DNA of 64,000 bases from Antedon mediterranea. Its lineage: Eukaryota > Animalia > Echinodermata. Shown here piece after piece: positions 21,898 to 35,476 of the stretch. Position 1 is the first letter of the stretch, and each line of letters opens with the position of its first letter. Location of the stretch: assembly GCF_964355755.1 (NCBI RefSeq), contig NC_092674.1, positions 31,682,001-31,746,000 of the forward strand, in the 5' to 3' direction. Below the pieces are notes generated by a model, which did not search any database, was not told where the DNA came from, and saw only the letters and a list, made by a program, of their open reading frames with translations. The position numbers were made by a program, and so were the translations under genes.

Positions 21898-24800
21898 ATG
21901 GACACCACCATGGCTCTGTACTTTTTAGGACTGCTCTTTTCTGGGACCGTTCATGCTGCTTATTGTAACAGTTTTATTAGTTTTACTACTGGAAAAGAAA
22001 TATATAAAAAAGAAGATGCAATATTGCCAGTGGTTATAAATACATGGGCGTTTACGAATGCGACAAAGATCGGTAGGCACATCCATCATTCATAAACTTT
22101 TTTCTGTGTGTGTCTCTCTCTGACTGAGTCTCTATTCTATAATGTAGTTTAGGCCCTAGGCCTAGTAGTTATACAGCTAGGCCTAGCTAGGAGGACCAGG
22201 CAGGGCCCATAGGTAATTATTTCCTTATGCTAGGACGAAGGTTGCCGTAGGCATAGAATAATAAAATTGCAGTATCGACCTGCCGGCCCGTCGCGCGTGG
22301 TGGGTGGTGGTGTACTGTGTGTGGTCCAGGTTAGAGAGAGGGTAGGGTAGGCCGGATCTAGTCGAGCTTGTCAGTCAGGAAAAGGCAATAATAATAATAA
22401 ATAATAATGATATATTTAATATATTATTATTATTAGTGTTATTATTATTATATATAGGCTTTAATATAACCTACTATAGGCCTAGCTAGGCCTACTAGGG
22501 CCTAGGCTAGTCATTGGCCTACCTTATTTTTTATAATATAGGAGCCTATTTATATTTACAGTAATTTGTTATTTATATAATTATTGTTCATTATTGTTTA
22601 TATATTTGTTTGTTTGTAATAATGTATTTTATAATTTAAGAGGACCCCTAAATATCAGGGCTATAATTTATAATAATAATAATTATAATCTATTGTTTGT
22701 AGTACAAAACTGGGTGTTTTTGAAAATATAAATAAACGTTAAAGACACTCCCTACAATTTGTGACGTTTTGTAAAAATAATACATATACAGTATTTTAAA
22801 AACATTAAACCAGGTCATTCCTTGTCTTAAATGTACGTTTTATGGTAAATTATGATAAAAAGTGAGAAACAATTGTCGTATTCGATTGGGAACTTCCGTT
22901 GTCAACGTAAAGATTTGATGAGTACTTTTTGTATTCGAATTGTAAATTTTTGCTCAACAGAAAGTCATTCGAATAGAAAACGTTGACAACGAAACTTTTT
23001 CGTTAAGAACAATCTCAACGCTCAAAATACTCCGTTAAAGTACTCAACGGAAAAACTACTCAACGGTACACTCGAATACGACAAATGCACTACCTAAGTA
23101 GCTCGCGGCGACTGACCTCTTTTGGACGGTCTTTAGGCCTAGCCTAGCTAGGCTTAGTTTTGTAGGCCTAGCTGGTAAACATCGGTAACGTACGGACATC
23201 GTAAGCTAGCTATATACCTAGCCTGACATTAATTGTCTTTCTATTTTTGCTTGACTCCGTTGATACAAATTGGGGAAAACCCGGTATTTTCGCTGAAAAG
23301 TTAGGAGTCTTCTATTTGTTTTGGCTTCACGATCGATCGAAAAGTGGGTGAATTACAGAAGAAAAACAGAAATATCAATCCGTGCGCAATGCATTTTGGG
23401 ATTTATAGCGGGCCGCTATAATAATTGGAATCGACTTATTTTTCACATTTTTAACCATTTAAAGACGAAAAAAGTTATCGCAATAAGACCATATAGTATT
23501 ATTTTTACATTAAATATAGTTTGTGATCTTAAAATAGATTTAAAAAACGTAGGGAAGGTGTCTTTAATACAATGGTTACTAAAATGCAGTAGATGAAAAT
23601 AAATGAATATTAAAGACATTTCAGCAGTATCGACATTTAGTTTATTTTTCAAAATATAATTTTTGTTATGAATTTGAAATGTGGGAAAATTCAGGGGTTG
23701 GGCGAGACAGCGGGATAATTACTAGATACCAGATGCTTTACAGAGTAAATTTACAATGATTCAGCTTGGAAGATTCTTGCTAATGGAGGTTCAGCTTTAG
23801 ATGGTGTAGAAAAAGGCTGTACACAATGTGAAATTGAGCAATGTGATGGTACAGTTGGATTTGGAGGAAGTCCTGATGAGAGTGGAGAGACTACTTTGGA
23901 TGCTATGATCATGGATGGGTACGTCGAAAAACATCTAAATATAGCACACCAATTTATGTTTTAATTTTTTATACAAAATACAAGCATTACAAAAGTAGTC
24001 TACATTTAATTATATTGATTTGAACATAGTTGTTATTATTATGAACGAAATGTGAAATTGTTTTAGGGTAACCCATGATGTTGGATCTGTAGCAGATTTG
24101 AGAAGAGTAAAGAGTGCTATCTCTGTTGCAAGAAGTGTAATGACATACTCCAAAGAAACACTCATTGTTGGAGAATCAGGTACAAAACACAGCTTTTTAT
24201 ACCACAAACAGATGTATTTACTGTATTTTTCCAGTGAAGCTTTTTCAGATTGTTTTGCATTAATTCTGTATTCAGTTTTAATTTTTCTAAATTAAATGTA
24301 TTAAAGTTCAAAATTGTATTTAAATTGTAATTATGTTACTTATTCTATGATTTCAGCAACACAGTTTGCAGTTGAGATGGGTTTCAAATCAGAAAGCCTT
24401 TCTACAGACAAATCAAAGCAAGTCTAATTATACTCCTTTTGTTTGTTACAATAATTCATGTAAATATTTTGTATGGAATATTAAATTCATAGATTTTGAC
24501 TGTAATTTCTGAAAATCTATTACAATACATTCTTTTCAACTGTAGTTGTGTTAATATGTGTTAAATTGTATTAATTAAAAACTGTATAAAGGCAGTAACA
24601 TTTAAAATGCATATTATTCTTATTTTCTGAATAATTTAAATATTGACCTTTTCAGACAAATTTGGGAAGATTGGAAGAAAAACAATTGTCAACCGAATTA
24701 CCGAAATGTAAGTTGCAACAGATAGATTTTTCAGTTTGTTTTCAATTTTAATTTTATTGAGGGAATTAAACAACATTTTTAAAACAGGTTTAATTAAGGC

Positions 24801-25990
24801 AATTTCATTCATATCAATTACTCGGTAACCAATTATAAGTACTGTACTTTTTAATGTAATTTAAATTGGTTTAGGATTAAGTTGCTACAGATGAATGAAT
24901 GTTTTACTATTAAATTTATTCTGTAGAATGTTTCACCTGATCCTACCACCTCATGTGGGCCATATACACCACTAAAAGTACTACAAGCTGCACACAAGAA
25001 CTCTGAACCTAGGTTTAGTAAAGACATTTCCATTACAAACCATGACACAATAGGCATGGTGATAGTAGATACTGAAGGAAACTTAGCTGGAGGTACAACC
25101 ACCAATGGTGCTAATCATAAGGTACCTGGGTAAGTATTAAGTTTATTCATTACAGAATTTCACTTGTTTTTTTTATTTTTGTTTAATATTTATTTTATTG
25201 AACCATGTTTCATGAGGGTAGCCCATCCAGCAAAGCTGATCATTGGGGCCCTCGACAAAACAATACAAACAGCAAAAAAATATTATTATGAAATGTAGCA
25301 CCGATATGGCAGAGGTATAGAATGAATTAATTTGTGTTTGTTTTAGCCGTGTAGGTGACTCACCGATAGCTGGAGCTGGTGCCTATGTTGACAATGATGT
25401 AGGAGGAGCAGCTGCTACTGGTGATGGTGATGTCATGATGCGCTTTTTACCAAGGTTATATTTAATAATACTTAGTCTAAAAGACTTTCAGAAATCAAAC
25501 TTATTTAATTGATTACATCACTGATGATTAATAATGTTTAATTGTTATTTTGTTTAGTTACCAGGCAGTTGAAAGCATGCGACAAGGCATGGACCCAGCA
25601 ACAGCAGCACAGGATGCAATAAAAAGAATTCTCAGATTTTACCCCAAATTCAGTGGTGCCTTAGTTGCTGTTAATAAAACTGGAAACTATGGTAATGATT
25701 TTGATTTATTTTTATTTTATCAGAGTTATGATATTTTAAAACGTATGACCTTTACAAAATATATAATAATAATATTAAATAAGAGAAAATGACAGCTGCT
25801 TAGTAGGCAGATGAATAAATTTATTCTAAGTATTAGAATATTACATTCATGATTCAAATTTACATTACAATGTACTTTTATTTTCTTCATTACAGGTGCA
25901 GCTTGCCACGGATTTGGAACATTCCATTATTCTGTCCGCAATGCCAATATGAAAGATGTGAGTGTTGAAGAGGTCCCATGTATGACGTAA
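21898..25990 (+). CDS. AGA: N(4)-(beta-N-acetylglucosaminyl)-L-asparaginase (aspartylglucosaminidase, Ntn hydrolase)
   Basis: Exons 21898-22072, 23765-23918, 24067-24179, 24357-24417 (GC donor), 24656-24707, 24927-25129, 25347-25454, 25558-25691, 25896-25990. Signal peptide, [43 protein letters not shown], autocleavage site [39 protein letters not shown]. Confidence 0.97.
22743..23563. mobile_element. Kolobok-like MITE, copy 2 (inverted relative to 5835-6455), in AGA intron 1
   Basis: ttaa|agacactccctac ... gtagggaaggtgtct|ttaa; the body is the reverse complement of copy 1. Confidence 0.82.
22874..23083. mobile_element. 210-bp MITE nested in Kolobok-like copy 2
   Basis: TIRs tgtcgtattcga / tcgaatacgaca with an AAT duplication; absent from copy 1, whose reverse complement reads gaaacaatgcac. 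Confidence 0.8.
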
Positions 25991-26317
25991 TACGTCACGA
26001 TTAGATTTAGTTCACACAAGATATAATTTATTTTCTTTGTATTCTTTGTATGCTTTTGATTACTTTATTTAAAAAACAAAACTCAGCCTAGAACAACCAT
26101 GTTTATGTACTTTTGAATGTACTTCCTATCAAGATGATCTTCCATTTAAATGATTGATAATGCAGTACTAAATAGAGTACACCGTCTTTCATAGTAAAAT
26201 GTAACAAGCTTTTCCTTAGTTATGGTAGTAGTTGCAGGGTTTTTTTTTTTTTTTTAGGACCGATGTGTTTATTAAATATTAATAGTGTGGTCGTATTAAG
26301 TTATTTATAAGACTGTC

Positions 26318-26432
26318 TACACATGAAACCCGTCTTTGGGTTGTTTTGACAGATGGATAGATAAACAATAATTTTAAATACACATGAAACCCGTCTTTGG
26401 GTTGTTTTGACAGATGGATAGATAAACAATAA
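26318..26432. repeat. 61-bp duplication (2 copies)
   Basis: tacacatgaaacccgtctttgggttgttttgacagatggatagataaacaataa at 26318 and 26379. Confidence 0.9.
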
Positions 26433-26675
26433 ATACAAATATATTGTAATAATAACGAGGATCTATTGAAGTATGTTGAACGTTTATTTGACAATGCACT
26501 TGAACACGTGTAGTTCAATTACTACGAAGTATTAGTGTTTCGTAGTTAACGTATGTTTATAACAATAACACTAAACATCTTCTACTAATTGCATCGGACA
26601 TAAGATGTTTTACAAAGTCTTTGATTAAAACCATTTAAGACGCCCATGAGCATCATTTGATGATCGTTGATGACA

Positions 26676-28053
26676 TCACTTGGTCGTCGTCGACGTCTTT
26701 TTGTGATGGCTTCTCAACTTGAATGCCAGATCATTGATTACTTTTTCCTCCGCATCAATAGCTGTAAAATAAAAGGTTAAATTACCAATACAGTACTTAT
26801 TCGTTCTAAGCGAATTTTGGATGTGGGGTGGGGTGACTTGAATTAATTTAGTGAAAATAATGTATTCGTCTGGCTGGAAATCTGTCAATTAATGAAATCC
26901 AGTCAATTTATCTAAATCATTCATTATATTGGCTAAACCACTTTACAGATTCTTCTATATTTATACTATTTTTGGATATGGTTGTTTAGACACAGCATCA
27001 TCTCACAACCTCTTAAACATAGATCTATTTTGTTAATGGTTTATTGAAAGTGCATAATTATTATATAATCTCCAGGCGTTCCGATGGGAATTATAGACTT
27101 ATAACATCACAGTACAGTAGATGTTAAATAGTAAAGACCGTGTCAAACTAACATATTTATATATATTTTAGCAGGGAGTTACAAACAATTAATCTTACTT
27201 TTCTTGGTTGGTAAAGTGTTTTTTTCTGTTGTCGCAACTTTCTGAAGACTCTGTATTTCAAACCATTTCATTTCATGCATAGTGCAGTCATTTAAGTTAG
27301 GTCCGCCATGTGTTGGGTGTAGCCGAAATGGTTCTGGTTTAAAAGGTCTAAAATAAAATATAATATTTTAAACGAAATCGTTTTATTTTATCTAGTTAAA
27401 ACATACATATCTCAAATCTGCATGTTATTAAAGTGTGACAAACGGTATTTATCGAAGGATAATTACGGAAGTACATTCTGTGTATCACACTGTCGTCATG
27501 ACTGTGTAGCGCCCTTATTCATAAGACCTGGTTGCCATAGTTTCTGGAATACCGTTTTGCATTGTGTTAAATATGTTTTCAATTCATATAACGATTTCTT
27601 TGTAACCGAGGATTAACCATTTATTAGATTATGGTGACATAATCGTATTTCGTAACAAACCACTGAGTATTTTAAGCGTTATAATATCCTATTATTGTGT
27701 ACAGATCAGGAGGTATCTGACATGTTATGAAATTTAAAAACGTAATTTCTGTCAAGAGCTGCAAAAGCTGTACCCGGTTTATTTTCTCATAAATGGCCTA
27801 CCATTGCTATATGATTCATACCACTAGATGCGATACATTTTGAGTGTTCCACATTTTATAAGGCCTAAGTACCTCTTCAGACTCAGTTAAATCCAACTTA
27901 CCTGCGATGAATGTTAACCCATCCTTGTCTATTCGCCATCATGGTCCACTTGCATCCAGTTGAGTTGTCTCTTTTATAAGAATCAGTTTTAAATGGCACA
28001 CACGTCTTCTCTGCTAGTGTGTTTTTGTCTGCCATACTATTTCTACCAAACAT
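26676..28053 (-). CDS. Uncharacterised 3-exon protein (~122-128 aa)
   Basis: Exons 28053 (or 28035)-27902, 27347-27199, 26761-26676, with gtaagt/gtaag donors, tag/cag acceptors and matching phases (2, then 1). Gives (MFGRNS)MADKNTLAEKTCVPFKTDSYKRDNSTGCKWTMMANRQGWVNIHRRPFKPEPFRLHPTHGGPNLNDCTMHEMKWFEIQSLQKVATTEKNTLPTKKTIDAEEKVINDLAFKLRSHHKKTSTTTK*. Confidence 0.65.
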
Positions 28054-29291
28054 TGACGTACGATATCATGTATATCATCGCCCAGCGTGATGCTTTATTA
28101 AATCATTCCTTTTCATCTGTTGATTGCAACCGTTGTACAGTACACTGTATACCTGTTCGTGCGTAAAAATTAGTTTAGTATATCCTCATGGCGGCTATAC
28201 GTAATAGTATGCGTTGGTCTGTATAATCTGCTGCTATAAATCATGTACGGTCATACGTATGTTGTAAACATCTGAATATGTAAAATGTATAGGAAGCGGT
28301 GTTATATACACCTTGCATTCAAATGAATAGAGAGTAGAACACCACTGTGAAGGAATGATGATGTTGATAACATGATTAAAATAATTGGGAACGCGTTCCT
28401 GCTGCTATGGATATATCAAGTCATTGTTGAGCGATTTAATCGATGGAATCTTGTAATAAGTACGTATGATGCATAATGTGTGTGTAAATGATGAACTCTC
28501 ATATACAGCATACAGACAATGTTAATTTTGTAGCCTCACCAATTTCAAAAGTATTATAAATTAAAACAAATTAAGTAAATAACAGTAACTGTTAGACAAA
28601 TCGTTTTAAGTGGACAAGAATCATAAACTTTGGTTATGAAATTAATGAGTTTATTAAGTTCGTCATAATTTTGTTAATTTTGAAGTGTGTGGTTCACCTT
28701 TCATTTGAGATCCGAACCCGAGAGCAATAGCCTCAGTCAGCATGATGCCAAGAAGCATTATGGACGTAACCATAGTTACAGAAATTAAGTTAGGAGTCAT
28801 CCGTAATTTCTTCTCCTCAGTAGCCCTCTTGAAATTCCCTTTTACTTATCCTACTCATATGAGTTGTATTTGAAATAATAATTTAACACTGAAATAAATG
28901 TAGTCTGTGTGTAGGCCTAAATAATAAAAATAAATAAAATCAATTGAAGTAGGCCTTAACAAAGTGCAACAAAGAAGCGGACATTTTTCTGACTGTTGGC
29001 TAATATTTATTATCCTGGTGCAATTGAAGGAATATACGGAGTGCAATATACTTTAGCTTGAACTGGTAAACACGTTTGGCCATTACCTACACCCAGTGTG
29101 TTTCATGCTCCGCACCTAAATACACAATAACAGACTAGTACTATATGCTCTAGCATATAAACCTATGATCCAAAAAGATATTCAACTAACACGTATAGTC
29201 CTAATTGCGTTTCCGCCAATTTAATTTACTCTTTCCGCTCAATATCGTCACCACCCAATCCATGTTTTACTGACCAAATATCGCGGCAAAC

Positions 29292-30721
29292 ATGGCGCTA
29301 GTATATTTATTATGTATATTAAGTTTGTGTGCAATATCTACTGCTCATTCTGATCATGATCATCATGCCCCGTTTACGTGTCCCACAAACACGAGTTGTT
29401 ATAAGCAACCGGCTACCTGTAAACGAGACGATTGTATTTATTACTTGACTGTAAAGGAGAACCCAACAAACAGAAGGCAACTCATATTTGACATGCAGGC
29501 CAAGAGTGATGGATGGGTCGCTGTTGGTTTCTCAGAAGACAAGTTAATGGTAACTTTACTCCAAATAAACTAAAATGTGACTACGACTTGTTTTTCAGTT
29601 TACTGTTGCCTAAAGTCAGTATAATCATCTTTTTTATTTAAGTATGATAGGAATGATCACATGGAAGATTCAATCTTTCTAGTGGATATACAATAATGGT
29701 TGGAACAGTAGGCCTACCGGCGGTAGGGAAACTAATTGTATTTCACGAATTATATTTTAAACTTGTAACCTCTATTTTTTAGGGTAACGATGATGTATTA
29801 ATGTGTGATCGTGAAGCTCGAAGTGTTGCTTTAATTCATACATGGAATAATGACAAACACCAGAATGTACCATCTAGGGTTAATGTAAGTAATTACATTA
29901 CACTGATTTCTAAACTGAGAAATAACTGGCACACAATATGACATTATCGACAAAAACATACCTATTCTATTATATGATATAATATGATTAATAACTTGAA
30001 GTTTCTTACTAAAGTAAGATAAAATCTTAGTTAAAAGTAGCTAGGCCTAATTTGATTTGTTTATATTCAGTTTGGTTTCTACTCGCACGGAACTGGATAT
30101 ACTTACGTGAATGGACGGGTGCGTTGTCAATTTATAAGAGATAAGATTCTAACTTCACCTGGATATACTAACTGGTTTGACATGGAATCTAACCAATATC
30201 ATTTCTTGTTTGCATATGGACCAAATGGTAGACCGGGTAAGATCTCAACCTGATTTCAATACAATGTATAATGTGTATTCTGGGCCTAAACGAGAATATC
30301 CTAAATAGGTCTCGCATACGCCGACATATAGATTTTCAATGATTTTCTTTTAAAAGATCAAACAACATTATAATACATGTATCTGTTTATAACAATAAGG
30401 TACAATAATCACTTTTTAATTTTAGGTGAATCAGAAAAGCATACTACAACACCGTGTGTATCGACTAACAATGTGGATTTGAGCTTAAACCAAGCCATTG
30501 AAGCGCACTCAGACGACGACGATGATGCGTGCGCAACAACTGGTAAGTGTCAGTGTTATTATTATTAATATTATTGAATGCGTATAATTAAAATGTAAAA
30601 TATAAACATGGTATTTTGCACAGTGACGACACATCATAACACATTGTTTGTACTTATTATTTCAGCTTCTTTCGTATTAGTACTCGTCACTGCGTTGTTG
30701 TCTTTTGTCTTTAATAAGTAA
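29292..30721 (+). CDS. Secreted/GPI-type DOMON-domain protein (FRRS1/FRRS1L-like), paralogue 1
   Basis: Exons 29292-29549, 29783-29884, 30071-30236, 30426-30542, 30666-30721. Signal peptide, CYKQPATCKRDDC, SDGWVAVGFSEDKLMGNDDVLMC, NGRVRCQFIR, YHFLFAYG, EKH, and a hydrophobic C-terminus ASFVLVLVTALLSFVFNK*. Confidence 0.88.
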
Positions 30722-31804
30722 TTGAACTTCAGATCATAAAGAAATAATTCTACAGGAAAATGGACGTCACCAGAAAATAACACTAGTAAAACGAGGTTCA
30801 TTCATCAATGCCATTTAACAACTTGAAGACACAAAATAGCTTTAACCACCAATCGCGAATAACGGCCCTTAAATGACTGAACGTCATTTTAATTTTGCAT
30901 TGTACATACAATAACCAACTCACGGAGAAATGTGCACATTATCAACAGGCATTTAAGACGGCGTGGACTGGTATATTAATGTTAAGATAGGTTGCATATT
31001 TGAGTTTGAGAAGTCATTCATGCGCCATTGATGTACCGGACAACATCTGATGTAACTTGAATACATTGCCCTAGACAGAATACTGCAATTGTTTCTCCAA
31101 CATGGATTCTGTTCATAATCCGATTTTGATTGAAATATTTATTATTATTATATTTCTTAATTAATCGAAATACGAAATGAAGACTACCAATTTAACCTCA
31201 TTTGCAGTGTATTATTTTGAATGATAATGTAGGCCTACTTAATGTATGTTATGATATTATTCACAACCGTAGATACTGATATAGGCTACTAAAAGTTGAG
31301 TACCGTACCCAATCTTCTAAATCACACTTTCTTGTAGTCATTTGTGGTTGAAATAATTCTCCGCAGTGTTCAATGCATGTGTATAAGATTTATTAATGTA
31401 TTTATATCAGGGTTCTTTACTTTATTTGGCGAAGGGCCATATTTTTTTACTTGTCATATCAAGCGGTAACTTTCCTGAGAAAAAATTGTCTGAGTCATGA
31501 ATTATGAGTAAGTATAAATGATTCTGTTTGATGAAGAGTAGTAAATAGAAGCTGTCCTGCGATTTAACTATCTATATTTCCTTATGTGGGTATGTGGATA
31601 AGTATGATTTAACACGAAGAAGAAAGAAATAAAACGTATAGTGCTTTATCTGCAGGAAATGCATTTGAGGCGATAAGCGAGGTCTTGCTGCAGTCACTTT
31701 GTCAGTTTGGACTTGAACTGCAAGCACTAAGTTGGCTTGAAAAGTTAGTCGTAAAGGTGAAGATTGGTTTCTAGGTGTCATCTGTTGGCATTCAGCAGGA
31801 AACC

Positions 31805-34800
31805 ATGGCTTTCGTACTTTTGGCAGTAACCATTCTTTCTAAAGCTATCCTTATTGAGAGTTGGACAGAAACTAGATATATATGTCCAATAAATACGGTT
31901 TGTTTTAAAAGACCTGTAAACTGCGAGGTGAACGACTGCGATTATTTTGTTTCTGCCAAAGAAAATCCACGTAACCCGGAACAGGTTATCATTGATTTGA
32001 GAGGTAGATCCGACGGGTGGGTTGCACTTGGATTATCTCATGATGAAGTTGGCATGGTAAGTTCATTATTAATCATTATATTCTTTATTTATAGTTTAAA
32101 CTGCGAAATATAGGCCATGATTTATATGCAATAATTAAAAAGATGATGATGTAATTGGTAAAAAAAAATATTACCTTGACATAATTGAACGTATCGCTTA
32201 CATTAAGTAAAGTGCGTCTGATTTTGATTCACTTTCGTATTGAATTGACAGAATTAAGTTCTAATCGAATGGGGAACATGGCCTCAGTGCAATTACCGGT
32301 GATGATTTAGTCACTACCGCTGACCCGTTTAACTCAAATCAGAATATCTATACATATATAGCCGAAATGAATGCTCTAAAAAAGCCTTGTAAACTAACGG
32401 TCGTATAGGAATGTTCCCACAATTTACATTTACAACGATTTATAAAAAATATTAATTATTAATAGGTTTGTAGTGCATATAATTGCTGTTTCATTAAAAA
32501 AAGGTAACGTGATAAATCTAAAGTTAGGCTTCACGTTCGTGAATTGAATTGTTAAAATCATTTCAGCAAGAAGATGACGTTATGATGTGCATTCGCAGAG
32601 GAGATTATGTCACACTTGAGCGGCGATGGAATACAGGTGGTCTGAACCACATGTCCTCATCTCAGGTATTCATAACAGTACAACTTTTAAAACTTAAACT
32701 AAAGGCTTGATAATAATTGGTTGCATCACTGGTATATATTTTTTTTCAATAAAAACTTTAAAAATTCATAAAACCCTTGAGAAATGTTTTAAAATTATTT
32801 CGTGCCTAGCCTTTCTGGTATATTTACGATAAACCTACTAACATATTACTTAATATTTACTTGTAGGCTGGTGTGAACTCGTGGAACAACGCGTACAGTT
32901 ACACAAATGGAATTCTACGATGTCAATTTATCAGAGAAAAACAACTTCCTCAAGATCCTCTACACTTTTTTGAAATGGATTCCAATTGTCATTGGCTCGT
33001 AAATGCTATGGGTTTGACATCAGCTACAGGTATTTATTATTTGTATAACAATCAGCGTAAAACAAGTAAACTGAATCTTAACATAAAACACATCCCTTAA
33101 TCATGTCGGAGTTTCAAAGTGTTTATTTGAGTGGATTTAATAAGAATACAATTCAATTATTTTATTCCGTCAAGCACTCTGGCTCGAAAATTGTTTTGCT
33201 TGTTACGTATATAAAACATTACAACTATTATAAAATGGTTAACATACAAACAGCAAGGGGTAAAATACAAACAGCACGACACCAAGGGGTAAAATACAAA
33301 CAGTACGCGTCACCAAGGGGTAAAATACAAACAGTACGACACCAAGGGGTAAAATACAAACAGTACGACACCAAGGGGTAAAATACAAACAGTACGGTAC
33401 CAAGGGGTAAAATACAAACAGCACGACACCAAGGGGTAAAATACAAACAGTACGGTACCAAGGGGTAAAATACAAACAGCACGACACCAAGGGGTTAAAT
33501 ACAAACAGCACGACACCAAGGGGTAAAATACAAACAGTACGACACCAAGGGGTAAAATACAAACAGCACGACACCAAGGGATAAAATACAAACAGTACGA
33601 CACCAAGGGGTAAAATACAAACAGCACGACACCAAGGGGTAAAATACAAACAGTACGACACCAAGGGGTAAAATACAAACAGCACGACACCAAGGGGTAA
33701 AATACAAACAGTACGACACCAAGGGGTAAAATACAAACAGCACGACACCAAGGGGTAAAATACAAACAGTACGACACCAAGGGGTAAAATACAAACAGCA
33801 CGACACCAAGGGGTAAAATACCAACAGTACAACACCAAGGGGTAAAATACAAACAGCACGACACCAAGGGGTAAAAGACAAACAGCACGACACCAAGGGG
33901 TAAAATACAAACAGCACGACACCAAGGGGTAAAATACAAACAGTACGACACCAAGGGGTAAAATACAAACAGTACGACACCAAGGGGTAAAATACAAACA
34001 GTACGACACCAAGGGGTAAAATACAAACAGTACGACACCAAGGGGTAAACTACAAACAGCACGACACCAAGGGGTAAAATACAAACAGAACGACACCAAG
34101 GGGTAAAATACAAACAACACGACACCAAGGGGTAAAATACAAAAGCAACAAATGCAAATATGAAATAATAAATAGGTTAAAACATGGCAGTAGTAAAAAA
34201 TATCATAAAATTGTGGAAAACAGTGTCATATAAAATTGGATAAAAGTAAGTTCACCTGACAACATTGTCATTAAAAAGCCTCATAGCAGATGGGAGTAAA
34301 TAATTTCGTAATCTATTAATTTTCATCATAGAAAAGCGAATTCCACCACTTCTGTTAAGTACAACATGTTTGTTGAGTGGATTGGCTTTCCATTTTTAAC
34401 TTCCATGTTTTTGGTAAAATCTTTTGTGGCAATTTCTTCTAATGCATTAACATTGATACCAATTATTTTAGTAGCTGCTTTAATAATTTTCTCTAATTAT
34501 GAAGTGGCATATAGAATGGAAAATAAAATAACACAGTTTTTCTTTTCCCAACAAGCATATCTTTAGTTTCTACCATGTTATGTAATGATTGATGTTTTTT
34601 TTTTTATCTTAGGAAAACCACTTAAACATACAAAGCGGCCATGTATATCTTCACAGCAAATTAGTGTAACCGATCAAACGCCAGTTCCGGCATGTACACC
34701 ACCGAGAGATTGGAATCCAAATCGTGGACGTAGGCCAGGAGGAGGAGGTGGAAGAAACACCGGAGGTGGAAGAAACACTGGGGTAGGATTTGGTGGTGGT

Positions 34801-35204
34801 GGAGGAACGGTAGGAGGTGGAACATTTGGTGGAGGAGGTACTGGTGTTAACACTGGTGTTCACACTGGTGTTAACACTGGTGTTGGTACCGGTGGAGGAG
34901 GTACTGGTGGCGGTAACAATGGTTATGACTATTATGGTGGTGGCACAGATTATTATGACGGTGTAAATATTAATCATCATGGCGGAGAAAGTAGCGGAAA
35001 TATTTGGAAACCAGGTGTGTGACTCGAGTAATTCCTATCCTACCTATTTAACTATTTGTGTTGTTATATAATAATACAGTATAACTGGACAACGTTTTAA
35101 AAGTGTTTCGAATTCGTTATCTAATCATTAATATGTGTTTCATTTTATTTTCAGTGATTTTACTGGTTGTTGGACTATCATCAATGATACATTTATTTAT
35201 CTGA
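31805..35204 (+). CDS. Secreted/GPI-type DOMON-domain protein, paralogue 2, with a Gly-rich stalk
   Basis: Exons 31805-32056, 32567-32665, 32867-33029, 34613-35014, 35155-35204, with the same intron phases as paralogue 1. Motifs SDGWVALGLSHDEVGMQEDDVMMC, NGILRCQFIR, LKH; a Gly/Thr/Tyr-rich segment; C-terminus VILLVVGLSSMIHLFI*. Confidence 0.86.
33245..34145. repeat. 29-bp minisatellite (~31 copies) in DOMON-2 intron 3
   Basis: Unit taaaatacaaacag(c/t)acgacaccaagggg. Confidence 0.97.
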
Positions 35205-35278
35205 TAATGACTCTTTTATGAACGTTTGTTCATCGGTAATCATGCAGGCCTATACGCTCTTTGCCAGTAAACTAAAGT

Positions 35279-35476
35279 AGCCTGTTTTCCTGTCGACGTT
35301 ATTCGACGCTATCGTCGTTGATAGTTAACAGTTCAACGACGACGATCGTTTGACAACGATCAAGTTGAAAGGAACGATAGCGATTACCTTTTCCTGTAAA
35401 CATTTCAATGTTTACGTAGAAGATTACCGGTTATTGTTAACGATAGCATCGAATAACGTCGACAGGAAAACAGGCT
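35279..35476. mobile_element. ~200-bp MITE with long TIRs
   Basis: agcctgttttcctgtcgacgttattcgacgctatcgt ... acgatagcatcgaataacgtcgacaggaaaacaggct. Confidence 0.8.

Noticed and set aside
33228-34128. Long minus-strand Cys/hydrophobic ORFs (up to 293 aa)
   Set aside because: Translation of a 29-bp minisatellite that is open in several frames; intronic, with no splice or start context.
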